From Selaginella moellendorffii (Eukaryota > Plantae > Lycopodiophyta), in the NCBI RefSeq assembly GCF_000143415.4, contig NW_003314423.1, forward strand, positions 158,256 through 222,255: a DNA stretch of 64,000 nt. The letters run 5' to 3'. This document shows positions 51,391 through 63,545 of the stretch, in pieces. The position numbers and the translations under genes were made by a program. Under the pieces are notes generated by a model. The model was not told the origin of the DNA and did not search any database. It saw nothing but the letters and a program-made list of their open reading frames with translations. Position 1 is the stretch's first letter. Each line of letters begins with the position of its first letter.

Positions 51391-52970
51391 CAATTCAGTA
51401 GCTTGATAAACATGCAAATACAGAACTTGATGCAAAATCCTTTGATATGTCACAATGCCTATAGGACCATAAACACATTTCAATAGAGAGGGTCCTTTCA
51501 TTTCAAAACTCCTTATGTAGATCTTGGTGAAACCAGAATTAGTGAAGTTAGTTTCTTGTGATCCCGCATCTGATTGTGATGTCCCTTTGCAGTGTCGATG
51601 GAAAGGTCAATGCACACCAAACTGTAAAATCTTGGAGCAAAATAACGGTCGGATATATGGCAAATGCCCCTGAAACATTGTAAGGCTCGTGTGGTCTCAT
51701 GTGGTGTCCGATCGAGATGCTTCTTTGCAGGGTCATCAAGAAAGGCATTGTATACCATTCTGTAAAATCTAGTTGCGATCTAACGGTTGGATCTCCAGAA
51801 AACTCAAAAAAATCTCGCGTGTGTCAGAATATCCTAGGAATATACTCCTATGTGCCCCTGAAAATGGCATGCGGCCCCACGCCATTCAAGAGATAACGCC
51901 AGACGACGCCAAGAATTTTTTGGTGCATTTTTTGGGTTCAAAATTGCATGAGCCCACACGCTATAAAGTTTATCTTTGCCAAATAGAGAAAAGTTTATCT
52001 GTGTCATGTGAGGTAGTTACAGTCCTTTGTGCTCGGCATCTGCCTCTTGCAGCATTTGCACTGAAAGGGAATTTTTCTCCATTCAGCATTTGGCCCTGAA
52101 AATGGCATGCGCCCACACGCCATTCAAGGAATAACGCCACAAGACGCCTGGATTTTTGGGTTTAAAATATTTAGGGTTTTTTGGGTTTTTTCAAAATATT
52201 TTGGGTCCAACGTTTTTTGGGTTTCTTTGGTTCAAAATTGCATAAGCCCACACGCTATAATATTGATTTGAGAGAAAAATAGAAACAGATAGAATTTCTT
52301 TATTTAGCTGAACATCTGCCATTTTTGGAAATATAAGATGCTTTGGAATATCCAATCATGCATGGTATAAATATAGCGAGGGTATTAAATGATATCCCAA
52401 TCATGATCTTTCTTTTGGATTTCGCGTGCATGCAGTCCGAGGAATGATGACGTTGCGGATTCTTTTGGATTTTGCGTGCTTGCATGCGCACGGCAATCCA
52501 GAAATTAATGGTGGCGCCCAAGTCCGAGGAATGATGACGTGGCGGGATTACGAACCGTTGTGACATTTCGCGCGTGTGAGGTTAGGTTTTGCATTGCTTC
52601 GTACTCGCGCTCGCGCTCACATCACACTCACGCTCCCGCTCGCATCGCGCTCCCACTCGCGATCACGCTCACTTCTCTACATGTTTCTCGTGTGCATCGG
52701 CATCCACTCGCGCTTGCATCACACTCGCGCTCGCATCGCGCTCGTGTGCATCGGCGTCCACTTCAAGACACACCCAGTTTGTAACTTCGCCGCCAACTCC
52801 GCCGCCCACTCCGCCACCCACACGCAGCCCACTTGGCGTCCCGGGAGATTTCAGCGCCACTCTCCAACTGTAAGTGGCAGAGTAGCCTTGCTGCTACGAT
52901 CCGCTGCACACACAGTGCACATTCGCCAGCGAGTCTGGCCTCGATTGTCACGGCCTCCATTCGGCTTCAA

Positions 52971-55900
52971 ATGGTAAGTCTTTTAGGCCAAGTAGAAAAT
53001 GGCATGAGGCCACATACCATTCAGTAGCAACATTGGCATGCACCGATTGGGCTCTCGAGTGCAGTCCGGTTACAGATGGCGTGTAGCCTCACGCCATCTT
53101 AGGATACAGCCTTAAGACATCTGATGCAGTGGTGAATGGCGTGTGGCCTCACGTTATTTCCAGCTGCTAGCTTTTCATCTGTCAGCTCTAATTGTTGTGC
53201 ATTTCTGAACAGGCGAGGAATTGCGTTCTTCTTCCAGGCACTGTCAATGTGGATGCAGAGAAGGGGGAGGAGCTCACCAGTTGGACTTTCGGGATGGAAG
53301 GCGAGGATTTGATGTTGTACAACACAGATGGTGGGAGAAAAGAATGCATGGGGATCCTCATCCAAGTGACAGACACTCCATGCAGTTCCATGCAAGAATA
53401 TGGACTGGCACTTGTGGTAGAGACAGCGTCCGCCTTCAAGATCCACCTTGCACATCCTAGCGGCTTCCCGGAGGGGGGCAGCGGCTATGAGGAATTCCTA
53501 GAGGGAGCTAGGGAGAGGTTGTCCAGGAGGCCCACAATTTCAAAGACGCTGCGGGTCTATGAAGATCACATGGAATCCACGGACCTCACCTACGGCGATG
53601 TTCAAAAACTATATTCCAACATTGAGCCGTTGAGAGTGCCTCCAGTTCGCGAAGCGAAGGGGAAGGGGGTCGATCTGGAAACTACCCCGAAGCAGAAAAG
53701 GGTGGTCAAGCTCAAGCCGACGTCCGACTCTGCTGCTCCAAAAAAGAAGCTACTCGGTGATGCCATTGCCTCGGGTTCGAACACTACACCCACCAAAAAA
53801 GAAGAGCCGCAAAGAGCAGAAAGAGCAAGAAGAGGCAGCAAAAATCGTCGCAGATAATAGTACTTGTTACTATTCCAACAAAGTATATACAATCGACGTG
53901 AGCCGTATCGACATCCAAAGCAAATACAACCACAGGCTAGTATCTGATGAGTGGGTGGAGAAACTGAAGCAGAAGATGCTGGCAAGTCCAGTAACACCCG
54001 ACATCGCAGACATGATCCCCTACTACCAAACAATGAAGGGCGAGACGAGGTTTCCAAACTTGATCAATAGGAAGGTGTTGGACGATCAGAACATCCGGTT
54101 CTATGCCGTCTCCGGGCAGCATTCTAGCTTGGCGATGCAAGAGATAGTTCTGGATATTATGGTGGGCGAGGAGGTGAAGAAAGTCTTCAAGACAAGAGTT
54201 GTCCGCCTGATAAAAGGCAACTCGCCCCTCCAATCTATCCATCTCCCACGCGCAGAATGTCAAGCAAGAAACGTGCTACAAATCGGGTCTGCACGAGACA
54301 TTGGCACAAACACGGAAGCTCTGGGTTCAACTGAAGAAGCCACAAAAACCAGGACAAGGACGTGCACTAGCAACTAGCGCCTGGCAGGTAAGCCTCGTTG
54401 CATGTGGCATAGCATGTGGCCTCACGCCATTTCCATTGCAGGAATTCTCGAGTCTTCTCTCGAAAACACTGGGGGTCAATGACACACTCAGCATCCATAA
54501 CATTCTACTCGCGACAAAAGTTGTTTTTGACAAATGGGTAGATGTGCTGAGGAGGTACCATGACGGGGAGTTGCTAAACTCAATGGGTGTGGAGGACGGC
54601 CGGAAGCCCAATGATTTGAAGCTCAACGCCTTGCGTTTCTCGCGGTCTCTAGACGACGACGACCTTCTGACAATGGCTAATGCTCTTCTACGTGGTGAGG
54701 TAGTCTTCAACAAGACCAAAATGACTCCCGGCCATATTGTGACATACGAGGACTTGCGCACGACTCTGAGAGCTCGTGCGCTATTGAAGGATTGGATCTT
54801 CGAGCAAGTGGCCGTGGAGAGGGTGAGCATCGACACCACGCAAGAGATGATGGAAGAGCTGGACCTGTCAAATGAAGACATTGACGAGTACGTGAAGGGG
54901 GCCCCCAAGTTCATCGATCTGCTGCGGGATGCCACGAAAAGTAAAGTTGAGAAGTTGGATCAGTATCCAAANNNNNNNNNNNNNNNNNNNNNNNNNNNNN
55001 NNNNNNNNNNNNNNNNNNNNNNNNNNNNNNNNNNNNNNNNNNNNNNNNNNNNNNNNNNNNNNNNNNNNNNNACCGGGTATACGTGAATTCGGATGAGGAT
55101 CAAAGGTGGAGGAGCATCGTTTCCCGCGGAGATGAGCAGGTCAAGAACATCTTTTGTGTGATGGACTTCACAAACGAGGAGATCACTCATGCAGACGAAG
55201 TCAGCTCCATCATTGACTTAATGGTGGGACTTGCGGAGGTGGAATCTTCAGTCCACTATATGATCTACGACTCCGAATCCTATCACAAGTTCTGGAAGGC
55301 TTTGAACGAGGTGAAGGCTCGGTTGAAAGGCAAGGAGATGCGGGAGATCCATGGGATAATGGCTAAGAAGAAGATACCGACGAATGTCCGCATCTTCACA
55401 GTTGCCCTTGTTATTGGTCCTGCAGCAGAGTGGGACTGGAGTGACTTCCCAGCTTTGTTCAACAAAGCCGATCGAATTGATTTGAGGGAGGTCAATTTAC
55501 CCGTGCCTGAGGAACTGAAGACGGCTATGGAGCTTTCGAATCCAAAGAAAGCTCCAGGTGCAGCATGGGAAATGCTCAGCTGGGTCTTCAACGCAATAGC
55601 GGGTGACTCCAAGGGCAAATGCGTTGTCGAGTACAACTGCGGCGGACTATTCTTTCGAGCCGCACTACTCAAGGGTGTCCCGTGTGTTGCGGTGACAAAC
55701 TCCATTGAAGAGGTGACTTCAATGGAGCATATAATTACAGTTGCCAAAGAAAAATAGTATCTTCTCTGCGAACCTGGTGAGTACGCACTTTAAGTTTAAA
55801 TGTTATCTCACAAGCTCTGTATGCAGGAGCGTGGCCACCCCTAGATGCTGAAACGGCGTTAACAGCTACTGATGTTAGGCCGAGCTCACAACCTGCACAA

Positions 55901-56744
55901 GGTAAGGTCACGTGAGGCCTCACGCCATTTTGATTATAGATCGTTGTGAATATTCAGACACGAGGACTGAAAAGCGCACTAGTGGCGCGTCGAAGAAGGA
56001 CAAACAGACAAGCAATAGGAAAAAAGGAGGTACAAATTATATTTGCAATGGCGTGTGGTCTCATGCCATTCCTTGCAGGAGACACTTCTTCAAAGGCAAA
56101 ACAGGCAAGCACCAGTCAAGCTCAAACTGACAGTGGTCATAAAAAGCGAAAGCACGTTAGACAGTCGTCGGGATCAGAGGCGTTTGATTCGAAAAGGAAG
56201 AAGGGCAACAAAAAGATGATAGGTAATGCCTCGCGGTTATGGCGTGTGTGCTCATGCCATTCATTGCAGATCAAGGGCTGAGTGAAAGGAGCCAGTCACC
56301 ACCTCCTGACTTAGATTCCTATGGCGGACTCCCCTTCCCCAATCTCAATGGAGAGGTACAATGGATGAGGGATGCTTTTCAAGTCAGGGCCACGTTTTTC
56401 TCATCTCGTCGTCTTCGAAGGGTGCAAGAACGTGCAGAAACCATGTTAAGACAATCGGGTGAGGATACGGTCCTAGGTCAAGCACTGAAACAGGCTATGG
56501 ATGTCTTGTATTTTGAGATGGAGACTCGGCCAGATGATTTTCCCAAGATGGTCCTGGAAAAACAAGCCATCCAGCCTGAGCAGCCTATGGAAGAAATGCA
56601 GGAGGGGGATGAGGAGCCAGAGAAAGATAATGAGCAGGAAGAGCAGAAGGACGAAGAGGAGGACAAAGAAGAGGAGGACGAAGAAGAGGAGGATGAAGAA
56701 GAGGAGGACGAAGAGGACTTGGATGGTCCTCACAATGGTGACGA
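52971..56744 (+). pseudogene. Sola-like cargo gene: ParB-like domain + degenerate MTase-like domain + acidic tract (continues on the minus strand from 41087)
   Basis: ATG micro-exon and intron 52974-53212. ParB-like IDVSRIDI..NHRLVSDEWVEKLK and FYAVSGQHSSLA. MTase motif X/I-like WEMLSWVFNAI..KCVVEYNCGG.FFRAALLKGVPCVAV. Introns at 54388-54441, 56030-56078 and 56223-56269. Confidence 0.65.
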
Positions 56745-58650
56745 TTACTCACAAAAGTTATTTCTTAGTGGGCAAGACTCTAGATGAGATTGTTTACAAC
56801 ATCTCAAAGTCAAAGCTTACATATGAGGAACAAATACACATTCTGAATGACCTCAATAGCAGACTTAGGGAAGGAGAAAAAGGTTTGGACAATATAATGG
56901 AGACTATGATAAGGAGGACCATTTACATTTCACAAACTATATATGAAGGGAAGATGTTTCTAGCACCTTTTATAGGGGATGATGCTGAGCAACTTCCACT
57001 CAAGGACTTTGTCACCACTGAACTTACAAAACTTGGAGAGGACTAGCTACCAAAGAAGGCCACAAACACTACTCCATTTGATAAACAACTTGGCCAACCT
57101 TACTTCATGCGGCGAGTGGCTTTCAGGTAATATACAATTTCTCAACTATACTCAATTTATTTATATTCTATTATAGGTATCTCTGATATAGAGGCATTCC
57201 CCTTGAAACATTGGTATATAAACAACTCCTAAGGCATGGTGTGAGAGATGGAGGCATGTATCTGACAATAATGAAATTTCCAGTAGCAATAAAGATAGCT
57301 TGTCCTTGGGAATTGGAGATGCCAGATTATGCACCAACCCACTGAGAGGCTGTAAGAGGCAACAATGAAGACGTGCTAGATGACGAAGATGATAGCCATG
57401 AGAATGTCGACACTGTTGGTGCCAATGGCGAGTAGAGTGAAGATGATAGTGAGAACGACTTGCAAGAAATTCCTCAGGATGAAGTGGAGCAAGAGAACCA
57501 GAACGTACAAGAAGTTCTACCTCAATGAAAGCATGCAAATCCACATCTAGAGGAATTAGTTAACAATGATGATAATCGTCCAAGATGTGCCTGTAACCAA
57601 AGAACTTCTCGAGGTATATTTCTCTTAATTTTCTCATATTCTTAGTTCCTCAAAATGGTTGTAGCAAAAACCATCGGGAGTAACTTCATTCTAGCTTATC
57701 TTGATGCCCGAGAAGAGGACTTGGAGGACTTACATCTACCACACGCCATATGATGGTATGTAAATTTTTCTTAAATTCACATCTTACCTTTGTCTTCCCC
57801 CCTAGATTTGCCCTATTTCTCTAGTGAAATTAAGATCTTTATTGGCTCCTAGAGTTCATTGATGGCATATTTCAAGGAGGATGCTGAGAATATGGCTATC
57901 TGGCAAAAGTGGGAGCGCTTTTGTCAGAAGATCCATAGGCAACCGCTCAAGAGCACAAACTTCATGCACTTTGACATGCCAGATGGTCTTCTAGATGCTG
58001 ATGGTGATGTCCCAAGCTGGAACATCCTGATTAAAGACCACTTGAAAGATGCATTCCTTTTGGCAACAATTCTCCTTCATACAACCGGTCAAGTTGCCTT
58101 CATTCTCCTAAATAACCCCCATTAGATGTCTTGCCTTATGAGGTATATAACTTGAGTCAACTTCAAGAGGTTCTCTTCTAGGTGCATCATGGATAATGTT
58201 GGGGTCGCGACCAAAGGCATCCTAAACATGCCAAAGAAGGTAAGAAATCATCTTGTGTTTTGGATTGCCTCTAAAGTTTTATTATTCAGGTTATGATGTG
58301 AACTTACCATGTGTTCTGCAAAAGAGAAATAGTGAGCATGATAGTGAGCATATTGCACAGTTTTTGCCAGGGTATAATCACTTTATTGACATCATACCAA
58401 ATTTTGTAGACGACAACATCTACAACACATTGTTTGGGTATCAGTTCCAATCTCCATCGCCGATGCATGTTCTATTTGAGCTTTATTGCCCAACTAAGGG
58501 TGTTGTCATTGATTGAACAGGTAGTGGTTCGATGGTCGAGGCAGCACATGACTTTGGTAAATTGGTATTTGCAATTGCAGAATATGAGTTTTTCAAATGC
58601 CGTCTTAGAGGTTTTCGTCCTTCTTTATCAATTGCTTCTAGGAGGTAATT
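56745..58650 (+). pseudogene. ParB-MTase gene copy C, 3' half (MTase-like domain)
   Basis: Collinear with 2358-4245, including FDMPDG and LYCPTKGVVID..GSGSMVEAA. Many stops. Confidence 0.85.
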
Positions 58651-59061
58651 TATGATGTTTTAAAAACTTATATGCAATATATATTTAGTTTTCTAGAAGT
58701 CTTCCTAGGTATGTATAGCATAACATATGCAATATGTAAATTGAAAAATCTATTTATTGATGATACATTAAAAGACAATTGAATGCATCCACATGCAATG
58801 AGAAAAATATGTCATATGTCAATGTGATAATGATAATGACAGTGACAGTGTCAGTGTCATAGTGACAATGATAGTGTTAGTGACAAAGACAGTGTCACTG
58901 TCATAGATAGTTACAATATCAGTTTGTCAAATTTCATAATTACTAGTATTATGAGTTTATTATCTATAGGTAATACAATTTTGTTAATAAAAAAAAGGTG
59001 AGAAGGGGGGGGGGGGGGATGGATAATATTATAGTGTAAGAATTATTAGTAGCTAGAATTT

Positions 59062-59610
59062 TCAGAAGAATGGCCTAAAAATACCATATTCAGCACTTGT
59101 GGATGTAGTATTTACTAACAAAATATTATTCCTCACCCTAAAGCGATAATGGTTGTATGTTTTTAACTCTTTCTTGATTTTGTTATACATTCATTTATGC
59201 ACACCTTCCACACCAGTTCTTGGGCAGTTGTGATAGTGTTTTAGAAAAGTTTCTAGACCCATACAACCTTCCGTTTTATCTAAATAAAAGTAGCAAATGG
59301 GACACTAAAGATAATATGTGTTCATTCTTTCAAAAGTTTCAGCCATATCTAAAGCAAGATCTTGAAGAAACATTTGGCATCACTCTTGAAGGACATAAAG
59401 TAATCCATCTTTAGTAGCAATATCTAGAATATTATCTAGAAGAGCGATCTCTTGTTCAGTCACACTTGAGGCTACAAAAGGAAAAGCCTCACAATGATTG
59501 TTATAAAGAGGGAAGGGTGGAATATTGGTAGAAGTTGGAGGTGCAGATGGAAATTCATATGAAATGCATGGGGGCCAAGTGCGAGTAGCAATAATATTTT
59601 CGCTAGCCAT
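59062..59610 (-). pseudogene. zf-XS-like cargo gene, copy C1
   Basis: Near-identical to 4651-5199. Confidence 0.65.
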
Positions 59611-59865
59611 TCCTACACTCTAAACAAATTGAAATTTCAATGTTGAAAGCATCTTTTATCGGTATTTATACTAAGAAAAGATTTAGGGGTTCTTGAAAGT
59701 TTACATTGTCAGCCTCAAAAATGGGACAGAATTATAACAGTGTCAAAACCACTTGTATAGATAATAATATCTTTATACATACTAGAATACTATCATTGTT
59801 GAAAATATAAGATTCTCCACTTTACTCATAAAGAATTAAACTTTTGAAAAGACTATGCATAACTT

Positions 59866-60419
59866 TCACATTACATTAAAGGGTGGCTTAAATATCCCAT
59901 ATTCTACATTCACTAATGTAATGTTCACCAATGGAATATTGTTCTCCACCATAAAATCATAATAACTATGTGTTTTTAATTCTTTTTTGATTTTCTTATA
60001 TATCCACGTGTGCACACCTTGCAAACCCACTCTTGGGCATTTGCGATAATGCTCAATAAAATTTAGCAAACCCATATAACCATCTGTCTTGTTTAAATAA
60101 AAGTTGCATATAAGACATTGAAGATAATATATATCTACATCAAGCTCTTCTACCATATCTAGAGCAAGATCTTGAAAAAAATATTGACATTGCTCTTGGA
60201 GTATTAGATGCAATCTGACTCTTTTAACAACATCATAAAGAAGGAATTCTTGTTCAATTGCACTTGGGGTTGCAAATGGAAGAGCCTCACAATAACCCTA
60301 AAAATGAAAAGGAGGATTGTTGTGTAGAGGTGAAGGTGGATTATTAGTTGAGATTGGAAATGGAGGTGGAGGCTCATATGAGAGGCTTCTGGGACCAAAA
60401 ATAAACCTTTCCTAACCAT
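59866..60419 (-). pseudogene. zf-XS-like cargo gene, tandem paralog C2
   Basis: LQEQCQYFFQDLA...QCLIC...GLLNFIEH...VHTWIY...LKTHSYY, with a frameshift near 60210. Confidence 0.65.
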
Positions 60420-60889
60420 TATAACACACAAGAAAAATTAAACTTCCAAGCAATAAGAATTCTCCAATTAATATACTATATTTCAATCTCGGGAATGATG
60501 TTTTATTATGACATGATAATATATTAAATCATAATTATCAATCTCAGTAATTACAGCCTACTATGAGAGATAGCTATAGGGTTCCAAAAACTAAAAACTA
60601 GCACATAATTAATACGTAGCCTTATTTTATATAACTAGTTTGCCATATATAATAATAGCAAATGCACATAAACACGCAAGTATGTCTTTTTGTAAGATTA
60701 CCTTTCAATCTCAAAAATATATATAGATTTAACTCTTTGATTTGTCCATATCATATATACTACACACTTATACTCCTTCCAAAGATAAAACATATAAAAA
60801 GGAATAAGATATATATAAAAAACTTACTTTTTTATATAATATTTTAGTGGATTACAAAAGCTATTAAAAGCTTTATAGAGTGGATTTAT

Positions 60890-61045
60890 TAATGCTTTCT
60901 ACTGCACTGTCCATTCCTTCTTTTCTCTTGTTCTAGACTGCTGTTTTGGAAGTAACAGAAGCATGTTTATCAATAGTGACAATGGTCTTTATATTTCCGG
61001 ATGGGTAATAAAGACCAAGAGTGTAATATGGAGATTGTGGTAGTG
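60890..61045 (-). pseudogene. 3' part of the SPYYTPG peptide gene, copy C
   Basis: LPQSPYYTLGLYYP..., cut by the LTR that starts at 61046. Confidence 0.6.
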
Positions 61046-63545
61046 TGTCACGAATATGATTTTGGGTATCGAAAAATACTTGTCAGCCAATGCTTACAGA
61101 CACTCTTTCTTTATTGCCATGACGGTAGGAGGTCAATACTACTAGTTCCCTTTATGGTCTCCACCCAAACTAGTTGAGAAACTAGTCAGTGCATGTGCAC
61201 TTAGACTAAAAGGGCACTGAGGAAGGAAATCCTAAATTGTCATTAAGTCAAGTATACTTGACATGGTGACGAGAAACTCATGTTATTGGCTTGCATTTGC
61301 TAGTGTTGAGAACCCCCGCAATATTGAACTAGTCCCTTAATATTCGCTAAATGATAGTTTACCATTTCTGCCAAACACCCTTGCTATCATGCCCTTTATG
61401 TTAATCTTATTTTAGTCCCAAATGCTATTTATGGAAAGTGTCTAGATTTGCTCATTTGGCATATCTAGGGAATGTAGAGATTATTCTAAACACAAGGTGT
61501 TCATCCCATGTCCAAATTCACAATCTAAAGACATTCCATATTTAATAAGTTTTGAGCTTGTCCCAGAGACTAACTCTTGGTACTAAGGGAGGCTTAGGGT
61601 GAAAGCCTAAAGCATGTGTTCCTCAAGGGGGGTGGGGGTATAGGGGGTTTCAAATATATGGTAGGGATAATGGTTGGAATGTATGTCCGACCACCTGAGA
61701 CATAAGTTTGGCTCCCACTGGGTTGTGTCACTCCTTATTCTGCGTCTGGCTTGGGTGTAAGCCCAAGCTCCACACTACTCTAGTCAGTGGGGTACCCTCC
61801 TCATGTTTAGCCACCAGTATGCCAAAATTGTGCCAAACACTATCTGACACCATTTTACATGTAGGTGCTGGATACGAGGAGCTAGTGCTTGTGGGATTGT
61901 ATCGGACCCTTGTTTCGTAGTGCAACGGGCTTGGAGTTCGGCTCTAAATTCAGGTGCGCTGCATTTGGTATCAGAGAAATTGTCTTAGCAAATTCTATCC
62001 AACTTTTGTCAGATTTTCTGACTCACGCAGAGACTTTTTTAGTAAATCCAAAGTGACCTGTGTAGGATTAATTGGATTGCACCATTCAGTAAGAATGTTG
62101 TATGCATGTTCAATTATTGATAAAGGCATGCATGCAACTAGCAGGACGGTGAAAAGGAACCATGTTAATGACGTTGAAACCTCTAGATGGGCAAATTGAG
62201 AGGAGGAAACTCCTACTAAAGATGCTGCAGAAGAGGCAAAGGTTGAGTCAAAAGAGGAAGAGCCAGATGTTATGGCGTTGCAGCATATGGCTTAAGAAAT
62301 CGAGATCGAGATTTGCAAAGGGAAATTCGCAAATTGAAGAAAGAGAACAAAAAGAGGAAGAAAGAAACTAAGGCAACTAAACTAGCTAAACCTAAGCAAC
62401 TAAACTCCTCTTCAAGTTTTGAGGATGAAGAAGTTCTGCAACCGCCTCTGGTTACATGAGTTTCAAAGTTTAAGCCTCCGAAACCACCCAATTTCAAGGG
62501 CATGCGGGACTATCAGGTTTTGGAAGATTGGGTATACAATATGGAAAACTATTTCATAGCGGCAGATGTAGATGATCGTACGAAAGTTGCATATGTGCAA
62601 TCCTTTCTCACCGATCATGCCAAAACTTGGTGGCACCAGATGTGTGCTGAAAAAGGGCAGACTAGAAGTTGGACCAAGATGCGATCTCGTATCCGTAAGG
62701 AATACTTGCTGGATGATCTTGGTTTGAGACTTCGTGCGGAGTTGCAGCGGTTAAAGTAGCGAGAGGACTTTATGCATTATGTTAATGTGTTTGCTTAGAA
62801 GTGCATTATGATATCCAATATGAGTGACAAAGATGCTCGGAGTTATTTCCTAAAAGGTTTAAATTCACTTTCTCGTAATGAGATTTTGAAGTTTAAGCCA
62901 AAGACATACTTGGAATGTAAGGAGGTAGCACAGCAAGTTGCCTTTAGTCACTTGCTCATGGAATAATATCAATAGTTATATGCTAGTACCTTGGACAAGA
63001 ATAAGAATTTTGGGAATAAATAAGGTGATCGGAAATAGAGGGTGGAAGGAAGGTTCTACCATGGAGGCTCACAAGTAACGGTTAACAAAAGTGGTGGTGG
63101 TTAGAGTTTCTTCTAGTCCTAGGCCCTCTGTTCCTCCTCCTAGTGGGTACAAGCAGCAACAACTTGCAAAACCTGCTCCTAGCGGAACGGGTAGTATGGG
63201 TCATTGCTTCCATTGTGAAGAGTTAGGACATAGGTCCTCAGAATGTCCCAACAAACATAAGACAAGGTCTCGTATTAATATCATGAGGGAAGATGGTGGT
63301 GGTGAAGTTGAAGGGGTTGATGAGTTGGTCAATGCAGACTATAAAGAAGAAGAGGTGAGTTATTTTCGTTGCTTTTCTCAAGCTTTTTTCGTAGTCAATG
63401 CAAACATTGATCCGTTGATGTATCTAGTAGGCTTTGTCCGCAGACACCAAATGCGAGTGATGATTGACATAGGAGCTACGCACAGCATGATATCCGAAGA
63501 CTTAGTTAAGTTGTTAAGATTGAATGTTGAGCAAATGTCATCCAT
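61046..63545 (+). mobile_element. Ty3/gypsy element 5' part: LTR 61046-61963, PBS, gag, protease
   Basis: TGTCA...GCA LTR; PBS TGGTATCAGAG (tRNA-iMet) at 61966-61976; gag AKTWW; CFHCEELGHRSSEC knuckle; VMIDIGATHSMI protease. Confidence 0.88.

Larger units (their letters stand above)
45796..56744. mobile_element. Sola1-like transposon, arm 2 (inverted; terminal repeat at 45796-45819)
   Basis: Contains the DDD transposase and a divergently transcribed cargo gene. With arm 1 it totals about 13.2 kb, with a 4-bp TSD. Confidence 0.8.
34574..61045. mobile_element. MULE-like transposon copy C, disrupted by insertions and an inversion; right end not reached
   Basis: Left terminus AAGCGTGGACCATACTT matches copy B. 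All cargo genes are present in pieces. Cut at 61045 by an LTR element. Confidence 0.85.

Noticed and set aside
46427-56260. Palindromic repeats as a CRISPR array
   Set aside because: Spacing is irregular (tens to thousands of bp), many copies are intronic, there are no cas genes, and the context is eukaryotic.
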